This document shows positions 30,123 through 41,112 of a stretch of 64,000 bases of DNA, in pieces. Position 1 is the first letter of the stretch. Every line of letters begins with the position of its first letter. The stretch comes from Phycisphaerae bacterium (lineage in GTDB: Bacteria; Planctomycetota; Phycisphaerae; UBA1845; Fen-1342), in NCBI GenBank assembly GCA_050115495.1, contig JASFQK010000001.1, positions 128,001 through 192,000 of the forward strand. Direction: 5' to 3'. Below the pieces are notes generated by a model that was not told the origin of the DNA, ran no database searches, and worked only from the letters and a program-made list of their open reading frames with translations. The translations under genes and the position numbers were made by a program.

Positions 30123-31358
30123 ATGCCGATGGCTGTCGAGCTGAAGATTCCGCAGGCGGGCGAGTCGATCACGCAGGTGCAGATCGGCGGTTGGCTGAAG
30201 GCCGAGGGCGATTACGTCCACGTGGACGAGCCCGTGGCGGAGATCGAGACCGACAAGGCCTCGATGGAACTGCCGGCACCGGCGAGCGGGCGGATCACCA
30301 AGCTACTGAAACAGGTGGGCGAGGTCGTGCCCGTCGGCGCGGTCATCTGCCTAATCGACGAGACGGCAAAACCTCCGGCCGGTGGCGACGGAGCGCAAGC
30401 TGCGGCGAAGCCCGCGGCGGCCCCTGCGGCTGCTCCGGCTCCCGCCGGCGGCGAAGCGCGGGTCATGCCCGCAGCGCGGCGGGCGCTCGCCGAAGAGGGA
30501 CTCACGCCCGAGCAGGTGAAGGCGACCGGTCCGGGCGGCCGACTGCTCAAGGAGGATGTGCAGCGTGAGGTTGAGTCGCGACGGCAGAGTGCGCCGGCGT
30601 CAGCACCGGGCGCCCCCGCTGGCGGCGCACCGCGTCAGGAAGAGGCCGTGCCCATGACCATGCTCCGCCGGCGGATCGCCGAGCGGCTGGTCGCTTCGCA
30701 GCAGAACGCAGCCCTGCTAACCACGTTCAACGAAATCGACATGTCGGCGATCATGACCCTGCGCAAGCAGCGGAACGAGGCCTTCGAGCGGAAGTACAAG
30801 ATCAAGCTCGGCTTCATGTCGTTCTTCGTGAAGGCGGCGATCGACGCGTTGAAGCAGTTCCCCGCGGTCAACGCCGAGATCCGCAACCTGCCCGGCTCGG
30901 ACGGACAACCGCAGCCGCACGTCGTGTACAGGAACTACTACGACATCGGCGTCGCGGTGAGCACAGAGCAGGGGCTGATCGTTCCCGTGATGCGCAGTGC
31001 CGAGCGGCTGAGCTTCGCCGAGGTCGAGCAGGTGATCGCCGACCTGGCCCAACGGGCCCGCGAGCGGAAGATCACGGTGGATGAGTTGCAGGGTGGGACG
31101 TTCACGATCAGCAACGGCGGTGTGTTCGGCTCGCTGCTGTCGACGCCGATCGTGAACCCGCCGCAGAGTGCGATCCTCGGGCTGCACGCGATACAGGAGC
31201 GGCCGGTGGCGCGGGACGGTCAGGTGGTGATCCGGCCGATGATGTACGTGGCACTGTCGTACGATCACCGTATCATCGACGGGCGCGAGTCGGTGAGCTT
31301 CCTCAAGCGGATCAAGGAATGTGTGGAGGACCCGACGCGGATGCTGGTCGAGGTGTGA
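30123..31358 (+). CDS. sucB: dihydrolipoamide succinyltransferase E2
   Basis: Lipoyl [33 protein letters not shown]. Confidence 0.97.
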   Translation: MPMAVELKIPQAGESITQVQIGGWLKAEGDYVHVDEPVAEIETDKASMELPAPASGRITKLLKQVGEVVPVGAVICLIDETAKPPAGGDGAQAAAKPAAAPAAAPAPAGGEARVMPAARRALAEEGLTPEQVKATGPGGRLLKEDVQREVESRRQSAPASAPGAPAGGAPRQEEAVPMTMLRRRIAERLVASQQNAALLTTFNEIDMSAIMTLRKQRNEAFERKYKIKLGFMSFFVKAAIDALKQFPAVNAEIRNLPGSDGQPQPHVVYRNYYDIGVAVSTEQGLIVPVMRSAERLSFAEVEQVIADLAQRARERKITVDELQGGTFTISNGGVFGSLLSTPIVNPPQSAILGLHAIQERPVARDGQVVIRPMMYVALSYDHRIIDGRESVSFLKRIKECVEDPTRMLVEV

Positions 31359-31388
31359 TCGGCGGCGCGGAGCGGTGGAGACGACGTA

Positions 31389-32774
31389 GTGAAAGAGCAT
31401 GATCTGGTGGTGATCGGGGCGGGGCCGGGCGGGTATGTGGCGGCGATTCGGGCGGCGCAGCTCGGGCTGAACGTGGCCTGCGTCGAACGCGAGAAAGCGC
31501 TCGGCGGCACGTGCCTGCGCGTGGGCTGTATTCCGAGCAAGGCGCTGCTCGAATCGAGCGGGCGCTTCGTAGCGGCGCGCGACGTCTTGGCGGAGCACGG
31601 CGTGCAGGTCGGCGAAGTTGGCCTTGATCTGAAGGCGATGCTCAAACGCAAAGACCGCATCGTCAGCACGCTCACCAAGGGCATCGACTCCCTATTCAAG
31701 AAGAACAAGATCGCGCGCTATCTCGGGAACGGGCGACTCGCTGGCGATGGACGGGTCGTCGTCGAGGGTGGCGACGCCAGCGAAGAGCTGCACGCCAAGC
31801 ACATTCTCATTGCGACGGGAAGCAAGTCGGCACCGCTCGCCGGCGTTGAGGTTGACGGCGAGCACATCGTCACGAGCACCGAGGCGCTGGCGTTCACGGA
31901 CGTGCCGAAGCGGCTCGTCGTCATCGGGGCGGGGGCGATCGGGCTCGAGCTGGGGCAGGTTTGGCAACGGCTCGGTTCGCAGGTGACGCTGCTCGAATAC
32001 CTCGACCGCATCCTGCCGGGGACGGATGCTGAGATCGCGGCCGAGGCGCACAAGCTGTTCCAGAAGCAGGGGCTCACGTTCCGGCTCGGCTCGCGGGTGA
32101 CGGCGGCGCGCGTCGTCGACGGCGAGTGCGTCGTCGAATGTGCCGACGCGGAGCCGGTGCGGGCCGACCGCGTGCTGCTGGCGGTCGGCCGAGCGCCGAA
32201 CGCGGACGGGCTCGGGCTCGACGCCGTCGGGCTGAAGCTCGACGAGCGCGGGCGCGTGCCGGTCGATGACCATTTCGCGACCGCCGTCCCGGGTATCTAT
32301 GCCATCGGCGACGTGATCCGCGGACCGATGCTCGCTCACAAGGCTGAGGAGGAGGGGATCGCCTGCGTCGAGCGGATCGCGACCGGTTTCGGCCACGTCA
32401 ATTACGACGCGATACCGGCGGTTTGCTACACGCACCCCGAAGTCGCCGGCGTCGGGCGGACCGAGGAGCAATTGCGCGAGGCGGGCGTCGAGTACCGCTC
32501 GGGCGTGTTCCAGTTCCGCGGCAATGGGCGGGCCCGGGCCGTCGGCGAGGTCGACGGGCGAGTGAAGGTGCTCGCCGACGCGAAGACCGATCGGCTGCTG
32601 GGTGTGCACATTCTCGGACTACAGGCAGGTGATCTCATCGCCGAGGCGACGGTCGCGATGGAGTTCGGGGCGAGCGCCGAGGATCTGGCGCGGTGCTGCC
32701 ACGCGCATCCGACGCTGGCGGAGGCGTTGAAGGAGGCGGCGCTGGCGGTCAGTGGGCGGGCGATTCACGCCTGA
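31389..32774 (+). CDS. lpdA: dihydrolipoyl dehydrogenase E3
   Basis: GAGPGGYVAA, GGTCLRVGCIPSK, HAHPTLAE. Confidence 0.97.
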   Translation: MKEHDLVVIGAGPGGYVAAIRAAQLGLNVACVEREKALGGTCLRVGCIPSKALLESSGRFVAARDVLAEHGVQVGEVGLDLKAMLKRKDRIVSTLTKGIDSLFKKNKIARYLGNGRLAGDGRVVVEGGDASEELHAKHILIATGSKSAPLAGVEVDGEHIVTSTEALAFTDVPKRLVVIGAGAIGLELGQVWQRLGSQVTLLEYLDRILPGTDAEIAAEAHKLFQKQGLTFRLGSRVTAARVVDGECVVECADAEPVRADRVLLAVGRAPNADGLGLDAVGLKLDERGRVPVDDHFATAVPGIYAIGDVIRGPMLAHKAEEEGIACVERIATGFGHVNYDAIPAVCYTHPEVAGVGRTEEQLREAGVEYRSGVFQFRGNGRARAVGEVDGRVKVLADAKTDRLLGVHILGLQAGDLIAEATVAMEFGASAEDLARCCHAHPTLAEALKEAALAVSGRAIHA

Positions 32775-32784
32775 CGCGCGGGCG

Positions 32785-33888
32785 TCATTGCCCGCCAGAA
32801 GCCGCCAGTTGGTACGCTTCGAGCGTCTTCTCCGCGGCGGCAGACCAGGTGTACTCGGTCCGCACGCGCTCGGTCAGTCGCGCCGGCGGCGGGGCGGCGA
32901 GGGCGGCTTCGACGGCTCGGCGGATCGACGCCACATCGTTCGGCGTGCAGTAATGGGCGTTGTCGCCGAAGTACTCGCGCGTTGACCCGCCGGGGGTGAT
33001 GACCAGGTTGCAGCCGCACAGGGCCGCTTCGAGGCTGGCCAGGCCGGGGGTTTCGTACCAACTGACGCAGGCGTGCACGCGGGCCCGGCGGTAGAGATCG
33101 CCGAGGGCCCGCGGCCGCTGCTGGCCGAGGAACGTGACGTTCGGGCCGGCAGCGCGAAGACAGCGGCGGTAGTACGTGTGGCTGTAGCGCCCGGGCTGGC
33201 CGACCAGCGTCAGCGGAGTGCCGGCGGGATTCAGGGCTTCGATAAGGGCGAGTTGGTTCTTCCGCGGCTCGATCCGGCCGACGCAAAGAACGCCGGCTCG
33301 CTCCGGTGGTGCGTCGGATGATGGCGCGTCGAACGCGCTGGCGTCGGCGGCGTTGGGCACGACGACGGTCGGGCGATCGACGCCGAAGTGTTGGCGAATG
33401 GCGTCCTGTTCGGCGCGGCTGTTGGGCAGAATGACGGCGGCGGTCTCCAGGACGTGGCGGGCGGCGTCGTGGAAGCCCCAGCGGCGCGCTCGCAGGGCGG
33501 CCGCCGACGGATGTCGGGCAACGTGCAGCACCCAGCGCTGAAACAGGCGGAGGTTTTCGTACGTTCGGCTGCCGGCGAGGCGGGCGAGTCGGCCTTGAAC
33601 CCCGGCCCGACCGCCCCGATCGAACTCGTCCGGCGGCCAGTAGATCGTGCTGAGGACGGCGGGTCGGCCGGCGGCGCGGATGCGCCGGCAATGCGCCTCG
33701 TTCTCCCACAAGCGGTCGAGGTGGAAGAGGTGGACGACGTCGCAGCCGGCAAGCGGCGCCGCCGATTCACTGCTGAGTTCGACCTCGACCCCTCGCGCCC
33801 GCAGCGCGTCGGCGGTGCGCAGGATCTGCGTTGTATCCCCGCCGGGGTGTTGCGTCAGGTTCTCTCGAACGATCCAGAGGGCGCGCAT
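32785..33888 (-). CDS. GT4 family glycosyltransferase
   Basis: GGDTTQ, VGRIEPRKNQ, SWYETPGLASLEAA. Confidence 0.9.
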   Translation of the reverse strand: MRALWIVRENLTQHPGGDTTQILRTADALRARGVEVELSSESAAPLAGCDVVHLFHLDRLWENEAHCRRIRAAGRPAVLSTIYWPPDEFDRGGRAGVQGRLARLAGSRTYENLRLFQRWVLHVARHPSAAALRARRWGFHDAARHVLETAAVILPNSRAEQDAIRQHFGVDRPTVVVPNAADASAFDAPSSDAPPERAGVLCVGRIEPRKNQLALIEALNPAGTPLTLVGQPGRYSHTYYRRCLRAAGPNVTFLGQQRPRALGDLYRRARVHACVSWYETPGLASLEAALCGCNLVITPGGSTREYFGDNAHYCTPNDVASIRRAVEAALAAPPPARLTERVRTEYTWSAAAEKTLEAYQLAASGGQ

Positions 33889-33958
33889 GCTGGTCTCGGG
33901 AAGGCGGTCCGTTCGGGCATGCTGGAGCCGGGCGCGCCCGGCGTCAAGTGAGTGTGAT

Positions 33959-34483
33959 CTAGCTGGGAATGCGTGGATTGTGTCGTACGGTGTGCCGGCG
34001 GGCGGGATTGCGTCGGGCCGTCGAGCGACGGACGGCGCCGCACTCCGGGCACCGCCCGCTGACGTTCCCGGTTAGGTCGTAGCCGCACGCTCGGCACCGT
34101 CCGGTCGGGTGTCGTCGCCGGGCGCAGAACGCGAGCAGGCCCGTTGCCGCACCCATCGCGAGAACGATGGGCCACAGCGGCACCGGCTCGCGGTCTGACA
34201 GGAGCAGGAGACTCTCCGAGCTGCTGGGCGCGGCGTGGGCCATCCCGTAGCTCTCCAGTGTGGCCAGCGCGCAGGCCCCTTCGAAGATGTACAGCGCGCC
34301 CTGCCCTACCGTTATGACAACCGGCGAGACGAAGCTCGCCGCGAACACGATCAGGAGCAGAAGAGACACGGCCCCCGCGAGCCACCCACAAACTGTGAGA
34401 AACCGCTTCACGACGTGCACCCTGGCCATCGCGGCTCTTGCCCCCGCTCGCTTCATTCTGCGATTTTGGCGGTGCGGCTGCAA
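33959..34483 (-). CDS. membrane protein with C-terminal zinc ribbon (start uncertain)
   Basis: Two hydrophobic helices then CRACGYDLTGNVSGRCPECG. Confidence 0.65.
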   Translation of the reverse strand: MQPHRQNRRMKRAGARAAMARVHVVKRFLTVCGWLAGAVSLLLLIVFAASFVSPVVITVGQGALYIFEGACALATLESYGMAHAAPSSSESLLLLSDREPVPLWPIVLAMGAATGLLAFCARRRHPTGRCRACGYDLTGNVSGRCPECGAVRRSTARRNPARRHTVRHNPRIPS

Positions 34484-34858
34484 TAGCAGGTTCCGCCGAC
34501 CGGGCAGTCTCGGTGGGTGCTCGTCGGCGCTGGATCAAGTGGTTACGACCGAAGCGGGGCGCCTGGATGGTTTCTTCGCGCCAGACGTCACAGGAAAAAA
34601 CAGAAATTAATAGAAATTATTTTGGCTATGCCGTTGGGGTCTGGATCTCATTTAGTGCTATACATAGGAGTTACTTTGGAGATAATCTACCGGATATAGT
34701 ATATCCTAACATCCTGCGTACTTTATAGAGTGATATAGTGAAATATAGATGTTAAATTTCGATGTATGATCTAGCAGTGGCACTCCGTGGTCTGCGCTCG
34801 TGTGCGCTCAGCCGGGTCACTGGCGGGGTTGCCCAGTCTATCACTAGCTCGGTGCCGG

Positions 34859-35416
34859 ATGTCTGTTGAGCCTATGACATTCTGGGAGCTGTGCAAAGAG
34901 AAGCGCCGGGGCAACGGCTGGACGCAGGGCTACGTCGCCGAGCAGATCGGCACGCACCAGTCGTCGATCAGCGCGTTCGAACGCGGACGGCTCGACGTCC
35001 TGGCGCGGGGGAAGATCGTGCAACTCGGCGAACTGCTCGGCCTGGATGTCGAGGCCGCGCTCGATGACTACGACCTCTCGGGGCGGGCGGGGCTGCGGCT
35101 GTGTCCGTCGCGCGATTGCCCGACGGCGGAGGCGTGGCCAGCTGGTGACCGGATCGTGCTGGCGCCGCGGCTGGTGCGGATTACCTCGCGGAAGCAGAAG
35201 TACTGCCCGGCGTGTGGCGAGGTTCTGGCTGTCGCTACCTGCCCGAATTGCGGGATACCCTGGGAGGAGCACCAGGCCGTTTGTCCGGAGTGTCGTTATC
35301 AGCTTCTGGCGCCTCTGACGGCGGCGGAGCGCCGGCAGGTTGCGGAGGCGGTGCAGTTTGTGCAGCAGCGCCAGGCGGTTGTTCCGCCGCTGGCGGGGAG
35401 TGTGAGACAGCGCTAG
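34859..35416 (+). CDS. XRE-family HTH regulator fused to zinc-ribbon domains
   Basis: RRGNGWTQGYVAEQIGTHQSSISAFERG; CPSRDC, CPAC, CPNC, CPEC. Confidence 0.8.
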   Translation: MSVEPMTFWELCKEKRRGNGWTQGYVAEQIGTHQSSISAFERGRLDVLARGKIVQLGELLGLDVEAALDDYDLSGRAGLRLCPSRDCPTAEAWPAGDRIVLAPRLVRITSRKQKYCPACGEVLAVATCPNCGIPWEEHQAVCPECRYQLLAPLTAAERRQVAEAVQFVQQRQAVVPPLAGSVRQR

Positions 35417-35442
35417 TGTAGCAGCGATCACAGGGGAGTGAC

Positions 35443-37008
35443 GTGACTGTGCAGTTGACGGGGCCGACGGGCAATCGGGGAGCCGGTGGCACACCCCCCG
35501 GTCAGCCGCAGCCGGGCGGATCGTTCGACTGGAAGGCGCCGCTCGCCGCCGTGGCTGAATGGCTCGGTGGGCCGTGCAAGGTCATTGCCAGCGTCATTGC
35601 CAGCGTCATCTGCGTTCCCTGGAGGCTGGTTCGGCGCGGCGACAACTGGGCGAAGCGCGTCGTGGGTGCGGTCCTGTTGCTCATGCTGCTGCTCTCAGCT
35701 TGGGAGGCCTTGGCGCTTACGCCGTACAGCCAGTTCGCGTTGCACCCGCTGATCGCGGCGTGCTTCCAACCGGATCCGTCATTCGACGTGCAGACGGGTG
35801 TTCTTCGACCGCGCTACTGCAACGTCCTGCTCGCGCTGCAGGGCATCCCGGACAAGACGACCGTGGATTCCTTCAGCGTCAGTGTAGGCGAGAAGTGCGT
35901 GGATCCATCGGATCTCACGCTGCGCACGGGCGTTCTGGTCGTGCCGGCGTCCGCGTTTCGGTGGGGCATGTACGCGGACGACAAGCAGACCATCGAGCTG
36001 TTCTACAAGGAGGAGTGGATCGGGCGGAAGCAGGTTGCCTTGGCTGAGGAGCCGCTATTCGTCGCGAGGGAATCACAAACCGTCCACGCCCTGGATGGTT
36101 CGCGGCCGGCCCTGCGCGAGCTCGAGCAGTCCCTGCGATCGGCCGGGGCAGACGGGGCGATGTACTTGGTCGGGCGGGATGGTGTTGACGTGAACTTGCC
36201 GTCGGAGGTCGCGAAGGCGCCGAAACACTTCGCACTGCGGCTGTTTCGCGGCATCGCGAACGCAGACCTGCCGCTGGCCGGGGACAAGGTGCATCTTAGC
36301 ACGGAGCAACTGCTGCTGGGTGTGCGCGCGCCGTACGGCCACACCTACGGAAACCTCTGCTGCGACGGCGAGCCGCATGCGGTCATCGACTTTGTTCTCT
36401 TCGCTGCACCGCTGCTGGAGAACCGAAGGCTTCCGCCCGGGAAGGACGCTCACTGGGACTACGATGCCCAGGGTTCCCCCGATATGGTGCGGGCGCATGA
36501 CGATCTGATCATCACGCCGAGACGAGACCCACCGCACTACAACGTGTACTTCGAGGCACAGCGCGTGCCCGCTGCCGAGGGACTCTGGATCCTGGAGTTG
36601 AATGTTCAGGGTCTGGGTGAAGGGACGATGGCCCTAGCGATCCGCGATGTGCTCGAGTTCGTCATGCCGGCCGGCGTGGGCGAGCGACACGCCGACCTGA
36701 AGCTGCACGAGCAGTTGTTCGCGGCCGCCGGGCCGGAAGCGTGGTCCCTCAGATTCGCTCCGTGGAATGGCGTGGTGACGCTCGACGACGACCTCTGGCA
36801 CACGCTCACGTTGGTTGTGCGCATTTGGTGGGAACCCGACACAGGGCTGTACTGCTGGAAGGTGAGAGGCTACATCGACGACGTCTGCATCGGCGAGGCG
36901 ACCGTTTGCAGCGAGACACTGCCGGCGTCGCTCGAGCCGGAGTTCCGGCTCCGCGGGGCGCGCGGCACCATCGTGCACGGCGTCCGGGAGTACTTCGTGC
37001 CGGCGTAG
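35443..37008 (+). CDS. hypothetical membrane-anchored protein, beta-rich C-terminus
   Basis: 521-aa ORF, GGGGAG RBS, TM helix VVGAVLLLMLLLSAW, DDLWHTLTLVV...YIDD resembling a ConA/LamG-like strand pattern. Confidence 0.6.
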   Translation: MTVQLTGPTGNRGAGGTPPGQPQPGGSFDWKAPLAAVAEWLGGPCKVIASVIASVICVPWRLVRRGDNWAKRVVGAVLLLMLLLSAWEALALTPYSQFALHPLIAACFQPDPSFDVQTGVLRPRYCNVLLALQGIPDKTTVDSFSVSVGEKCVDPSDLTLRTGVLVVPASAFRWGMYADDKQTIELFYKEEWIGRKQVALAEEPLFVARESQTVHALDGSRPALRELEQSLRSAGADGAMYLVGRDGVDVNLPSEVAKAPKHFALRLFRGIANADLPLAGDKVHLSTEQLLLGVRAPYGHTYGNLCCDGEPHAVIDFVLFAAPLLENRRLPPGKDAHWDYDAQGSPDMVRAHDDLIITPRRDPPHYNVYFEAQRVPAAEGLWILELNVQGLGEGTMALAIRDVLEFVMPAGVGERHADLKLHEQLFAAAGPEAWSLRFAPWNGVVTLDDDLWHTLTLVVRIWWEPDTGLYCWKVRGYIDDVCIGEATVCSETLPASLEPEFRLRGARGTIVHGVREYFVPA

Positions 37009-37051
37009 TTGATTTTGCGCAGACTCGCCGCAGGTGGTGGCCGCCGCCGCG

Positions 37052-38041
<990 letters not shown>

Positions 38042-38131
38042 CGTTTGCGCTCCTTTCGCGCCTGATGGCGGGGATTGTTCGCGAATGCGAGATTATAGCC
38101 CCGGCGCGCAACGGGACGCGAAAGGACGGGT

Positions 38132-40435
38132 TCAGGACTGCTGAGGCGGCGTCGACGGTCGGCGAGGCAGGAGGACGTGTGCAGTCGTTTCCTGGTCGGC
38201 GATGCTTTCGAGCCAGATGCGCCCATTGTGGCCTTCGACGATGCGGAAGGCACGGGGCAGGCCGAGGCCGCGGCTGCGACCGGCCCGGCGGTGGGAGAAG
38301 AACGGGTCGAAGGCCCGCTGGAGGACGGCGGGCGACATGCCGCAACCGGTATCGCGGACGATCGCCTCGACGAAGTCCGGAGCCACCGCTGGCCGGCAGG
38401 TCATGACGATGCTCCCGCCGCCGGTGACGGCCTCGCCGGCGTTGTCGAGGAGTTCGGTGAAGACGGCCAGGAGCTGCTCGCGATCGCCGCGGATCCAGGT
38501 GTCGGCGTCATCCGGGCCGGCGGACCATGGCTCGAGCCTCAGCCGTTCCGCGGGGTAATCGTGCCGAGCCAGCCAGGTGTCACGGGCGTCGGCGAGCACT
38601 TCGGCCAGATCGACGTCGTCGAGCGTGGGCGATCGCGGCCGGGCGAAGTCCATCAGCTCGGAGACGATGTGGCTGCACTCGTGAGCCTTCAACTGGATCA
38701 TCTCGAGCGCCCGGCGGGCTTCCGGATCCTCGTGGGTGGCGGCGAGCATCTGCGCCCGGCCGGAGATCACCGTCAGCGGGCTGTTCAATTCGTGGCCCGC
38801 GCCGGCGGCCATCTCGGCGATCATGGAGAGCGTGCGTGAACGCAGCAACTCGCCCTGCATCTGCTGTAACCGGCGATTCGCCTCGGCCAGATCGTCGGAG
38901 AGCCGGCGGGCCGCGGCCTGCGCGTTCGCCCGCCCGAGCGCCAGCCCCAGGCTGGCCAGGAAGCAGCGCAGGTCGTCCTGCTCCTCCAGCAGCCGGCTGC
39001 GCTCGTCGGCCTCGGACCAGTAGATCAGGCCACCGATGACCTGACCGTCGTGCACGATCGGGACGAGCCACGGCGTGCCGGCGTCGGGGCGCGGGCCCAG
39101 CGGGTCGAGCTCGGCGAGGATCACCGCCGGCGCTCGCGTGACGGTCGTGCCCAGAATGCCGCCCGGCTCGCGCAGCCAATCGGCCAGCGTCGCGTTGACG
39201 CTCTGCGACTGGCAGAGGCCCGGCGTCATTTCGGCCCGGGCCTGGCAGACGTCGATGGTCCCGCGGTCATCACGCAGGCCGAAGGCGGCGACGTGCGACC
39301 GCTGAAATGCCGTGGCGCCGGCCCGCACCATCGCCGTCACGACGGCGGGCGGGTCGGACCACGCGTTGAGTTGTTTGTCGAAGACGGTGATCGCGCGGAA
39401 GTACCGGGCGCCGGCGGCCAGTCGCTGGCCGTTCAGAGCCAATTCGGTGTTCAGCTTGCCGAGCTCGCGGTTCGCCTGCGCCATGGCCTGCACGTACAGC
39501 GTCTCGGTCCCTTCGCGGTGCAGGCCCAGCAGCTCGGCGTGGTGCTCGACGTCGGAGATCAGTTCAGTGACGGCCTCGGCGACCTGCTTGTCGCTGAACC
39601 CCAGCCGTGCGGCCAGTCGTGGGGAATTCTCGTAGAACGTGTGGTTGCCGGAGTACCCGACACGCTGCTCGCGGGCCAGCGTATCCGCCAACTGCACGAT
39701 GCTGATCATCTCCCGCGAGATAACCGAAGACGGCAGCGTCTCGGCGGCGAGGTGATGCAGCCAAACCACTTCCTGGAGCATGCGCGGCAACCGCCAGCGC
39801 TCGGCGAGCTGCCGGCCGGCGACGGTGTGATCGGCGCCGAGCACCGCCCGCTCCGCGTCGGCGATGTCGCCGCGCGACTCGTTTACACGCGAGGCGGCGC
39901 GGTCGTAAGCTTTGGGAAAGACCGCGCTTAGGGCGACCTTGCCGATGTCGTGCAGCAGGCCGGCGACGAAGGCGTCCTGCGGCTCAATGTTCATCTCGGG
40001 TCGGGCGGCGCACAGCCGCTGTGCCACGCAGGCCACCGCCAACGAATGCTTCCAGAACCGCGCCCGATCGAACGCGCCCGTCACAGGGTCGGCGTCGGTG
40101 ACCGGGAAGCAGTCGAAAACGCTCACGGACAGGACGATGCTGCGGACGGCGGCGAAGCCCAGCAGCGGCACCGCCTTCTCCAGCGTCGAGACCGGAGCGC
40201 ACACGCCCGCCCACGACGAGCCGGCGATCGACAGGATTCGAGTGGTCAGCGACTGGTCGCCGCGCAGCACCGAGACGAGGCTCTTTGTGTCGCTGGAGGG
40301 GTCGCCGGTGACTTGCAAGACGCGGACTGCAATGACCGATAATGTTGGCAGGCTGTCGAGATGGGTGAGGACGAGCTCGGCGTTGGGTCGCCCGCTCGTT
40401 TCGACGCTCAGTCCAGGCTGGCGCTCTTCATGCAC
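38132..40435 (-). CDS. HDOD-domain sensor histidine kinase
   Basis: LPTL, FWKHSLAVA, AGLLHDIGK, DHTVAG..LAERWRLP; H-box GAGHELNSPL, DTGCGM, FDPFF, GLGL. Confidence 0.9.
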   Translation of the reverse strand: MHEERQPGLSVETSGRPNAELVLTHLDSLPTLSVIAVRVLQVTGDPSSDTKSLVSVLRGDQSLTTRILSIAGSSWAGVCAPVSTLEKAVPLLGFAAVRSIVLSVSVFDCFPVTDADPVTGAFDRARFWKHSLAVACVAQRLCAARPEMNIEPQDAFVAGLLHDIGKVALSAVFPKAYDRAASRVNESRGDIADAERAVLGADHTVAGRQLAERWRLPRMLQEVVWLHHLAAETLPSSVISREMISIVQLADTLAREQRVGYSGNHTFYENSPRLAARLGFSDKQVAEAVTELISDVEHHAELLGLHREGTETLYVQAMAQANRELGKLNTELALNGQRLAAGARYFRAITVFDKQLNAWSDPPAVVTAMVRAGATAFQRSHVAAFGLRDDRGTIDVCQARAEMTPGLCQSQSVNATLADWLREPGGILGTTVTRAPAVILAELDPLGPRPDAGTPWLVPIVHDGQVIGGLIYWSEADERSRLLEEQDDLRCFLASLGLALGRANAQAAARRLSDDLAEANRRLQQMQGELLRSRTLSMIAEMAAGAGHELNSPLTVISGRAQMLAATHEDPEARRALEMIQLKAHECSHIVSELMDFARPRSPTLDDVDLAEVLADARDTWLARHDYPAERLRLEPWSAGPDDADTWIRGDREQLLAVFTELLDNAGEAVTGGGSIVMTCRPAVAPDFVEAIVRDTGCGMSPAVLQRAFDPFFSHRRAGRSRGLGLPRAFRIVEGHNGRIWLESIADQETTAHVLLPRRPSTPPQQS
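39906..39930. repeat. TAAR-N17-YTTA dyad, copy 6 (intragenic)
   Basis: TAAGCTTTGGGAAAGACCGCGCTTA; minus-strand codons CTA, AAA, GCT. Confidence 0.6.
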
Positions 40436-41024
40436 CGACCAGTTCCGTTATCCGGCTCACAAGCTGTTCAATGTTAAACGGCTTCTGAATGAAGTCGTCC
40501 GCGCCGTCTTCGAGTAGCTTATCTCTGTCTTCCGGATCGACGACGCCGGAGACAATGATGATCTTAACGTCTTGCAGCGAATCATCGTTACGGATGCTGC
40601 GGCAGACGGCGTTTCCGTTGATATCGGGCAACATGTAATCGAGCACGATCACGTCGGGCTTGAACTCGCGCGTTCGCAGGCCGGCGTCGAAACCGGTTAC
40701 TGCCGTCTGGACCTCGAACCGCCCGTCGCGCTCCAGAACTTCGACCAGCATTTCCACGATCGCCGGATCGTCATCCACCACCAGCACGCGCGTCTTCCCG
40801 GTCTCGAGTTGATCGAGCGGGATGCTGTTCTCTTTCATGAACTGAATGAGGCTGTCGCGTGGGATTCGGCGGAAGCGCGAACCGGGTACACGAAACCCCT
40901 TTAGTCGTCCACTGTCGAAGCAGCGGATAACCGTCTGCTGGCTCAGATTACAGATCTCCGCCACCTCGCCCGTGGTGAATATGCTCTTGGCGAGCGTGGG
41001 GCCGGTCTGATGATTTCTACGCAT
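40428..41024 (-). CDS. response regulator with N-terminal excisionase-like HTH (HTH_17) and REC domain
   Basis: FTTGEVAEICNLSQQTVIRCFDSG, VLVVDDD, LDYMLPDING, KPF. Confidence 0.9.
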   Translation of the reverse strand: MRRNHQTGPTLAKSIFTTGEVAEICNLSQQTVIRCFDSGRLKGFRVPGSRFRRIPRDSLIQFMKENSIPLDQLETGKTRVLVVDDDPAIVEMLVEVLERDGRFEVQTAVTGFDAGLRTREFKPDVIVLDYMLPDINGNAVCRSIRNDDSLQDVKIIIVSGVVDPEDRDKLLEDGADDFIQKPFNIEQLVSRITELVGA

Positions 41025-41112
41025 GGGTTGCTCGCAGGGTTATCTATGTTACCCACATTGACAATTATACATCGTGGTGGGTGTCCTGGCAAGCTGGGAA
41101 AACATGGACAGG

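Noticed and set aside
35581..35609. 12-bp tandem repeat GTCATTGCCAGC
   Set aside because: Short in-frame duplication (VIASVIASVI); too few units for a contingency locus or CRISPR
40428..41024. Excisionase suggesting a prophage or ICE
   Set aside because: The HTH is fused to a REC domain and paired with a kinase; no integrase nearby
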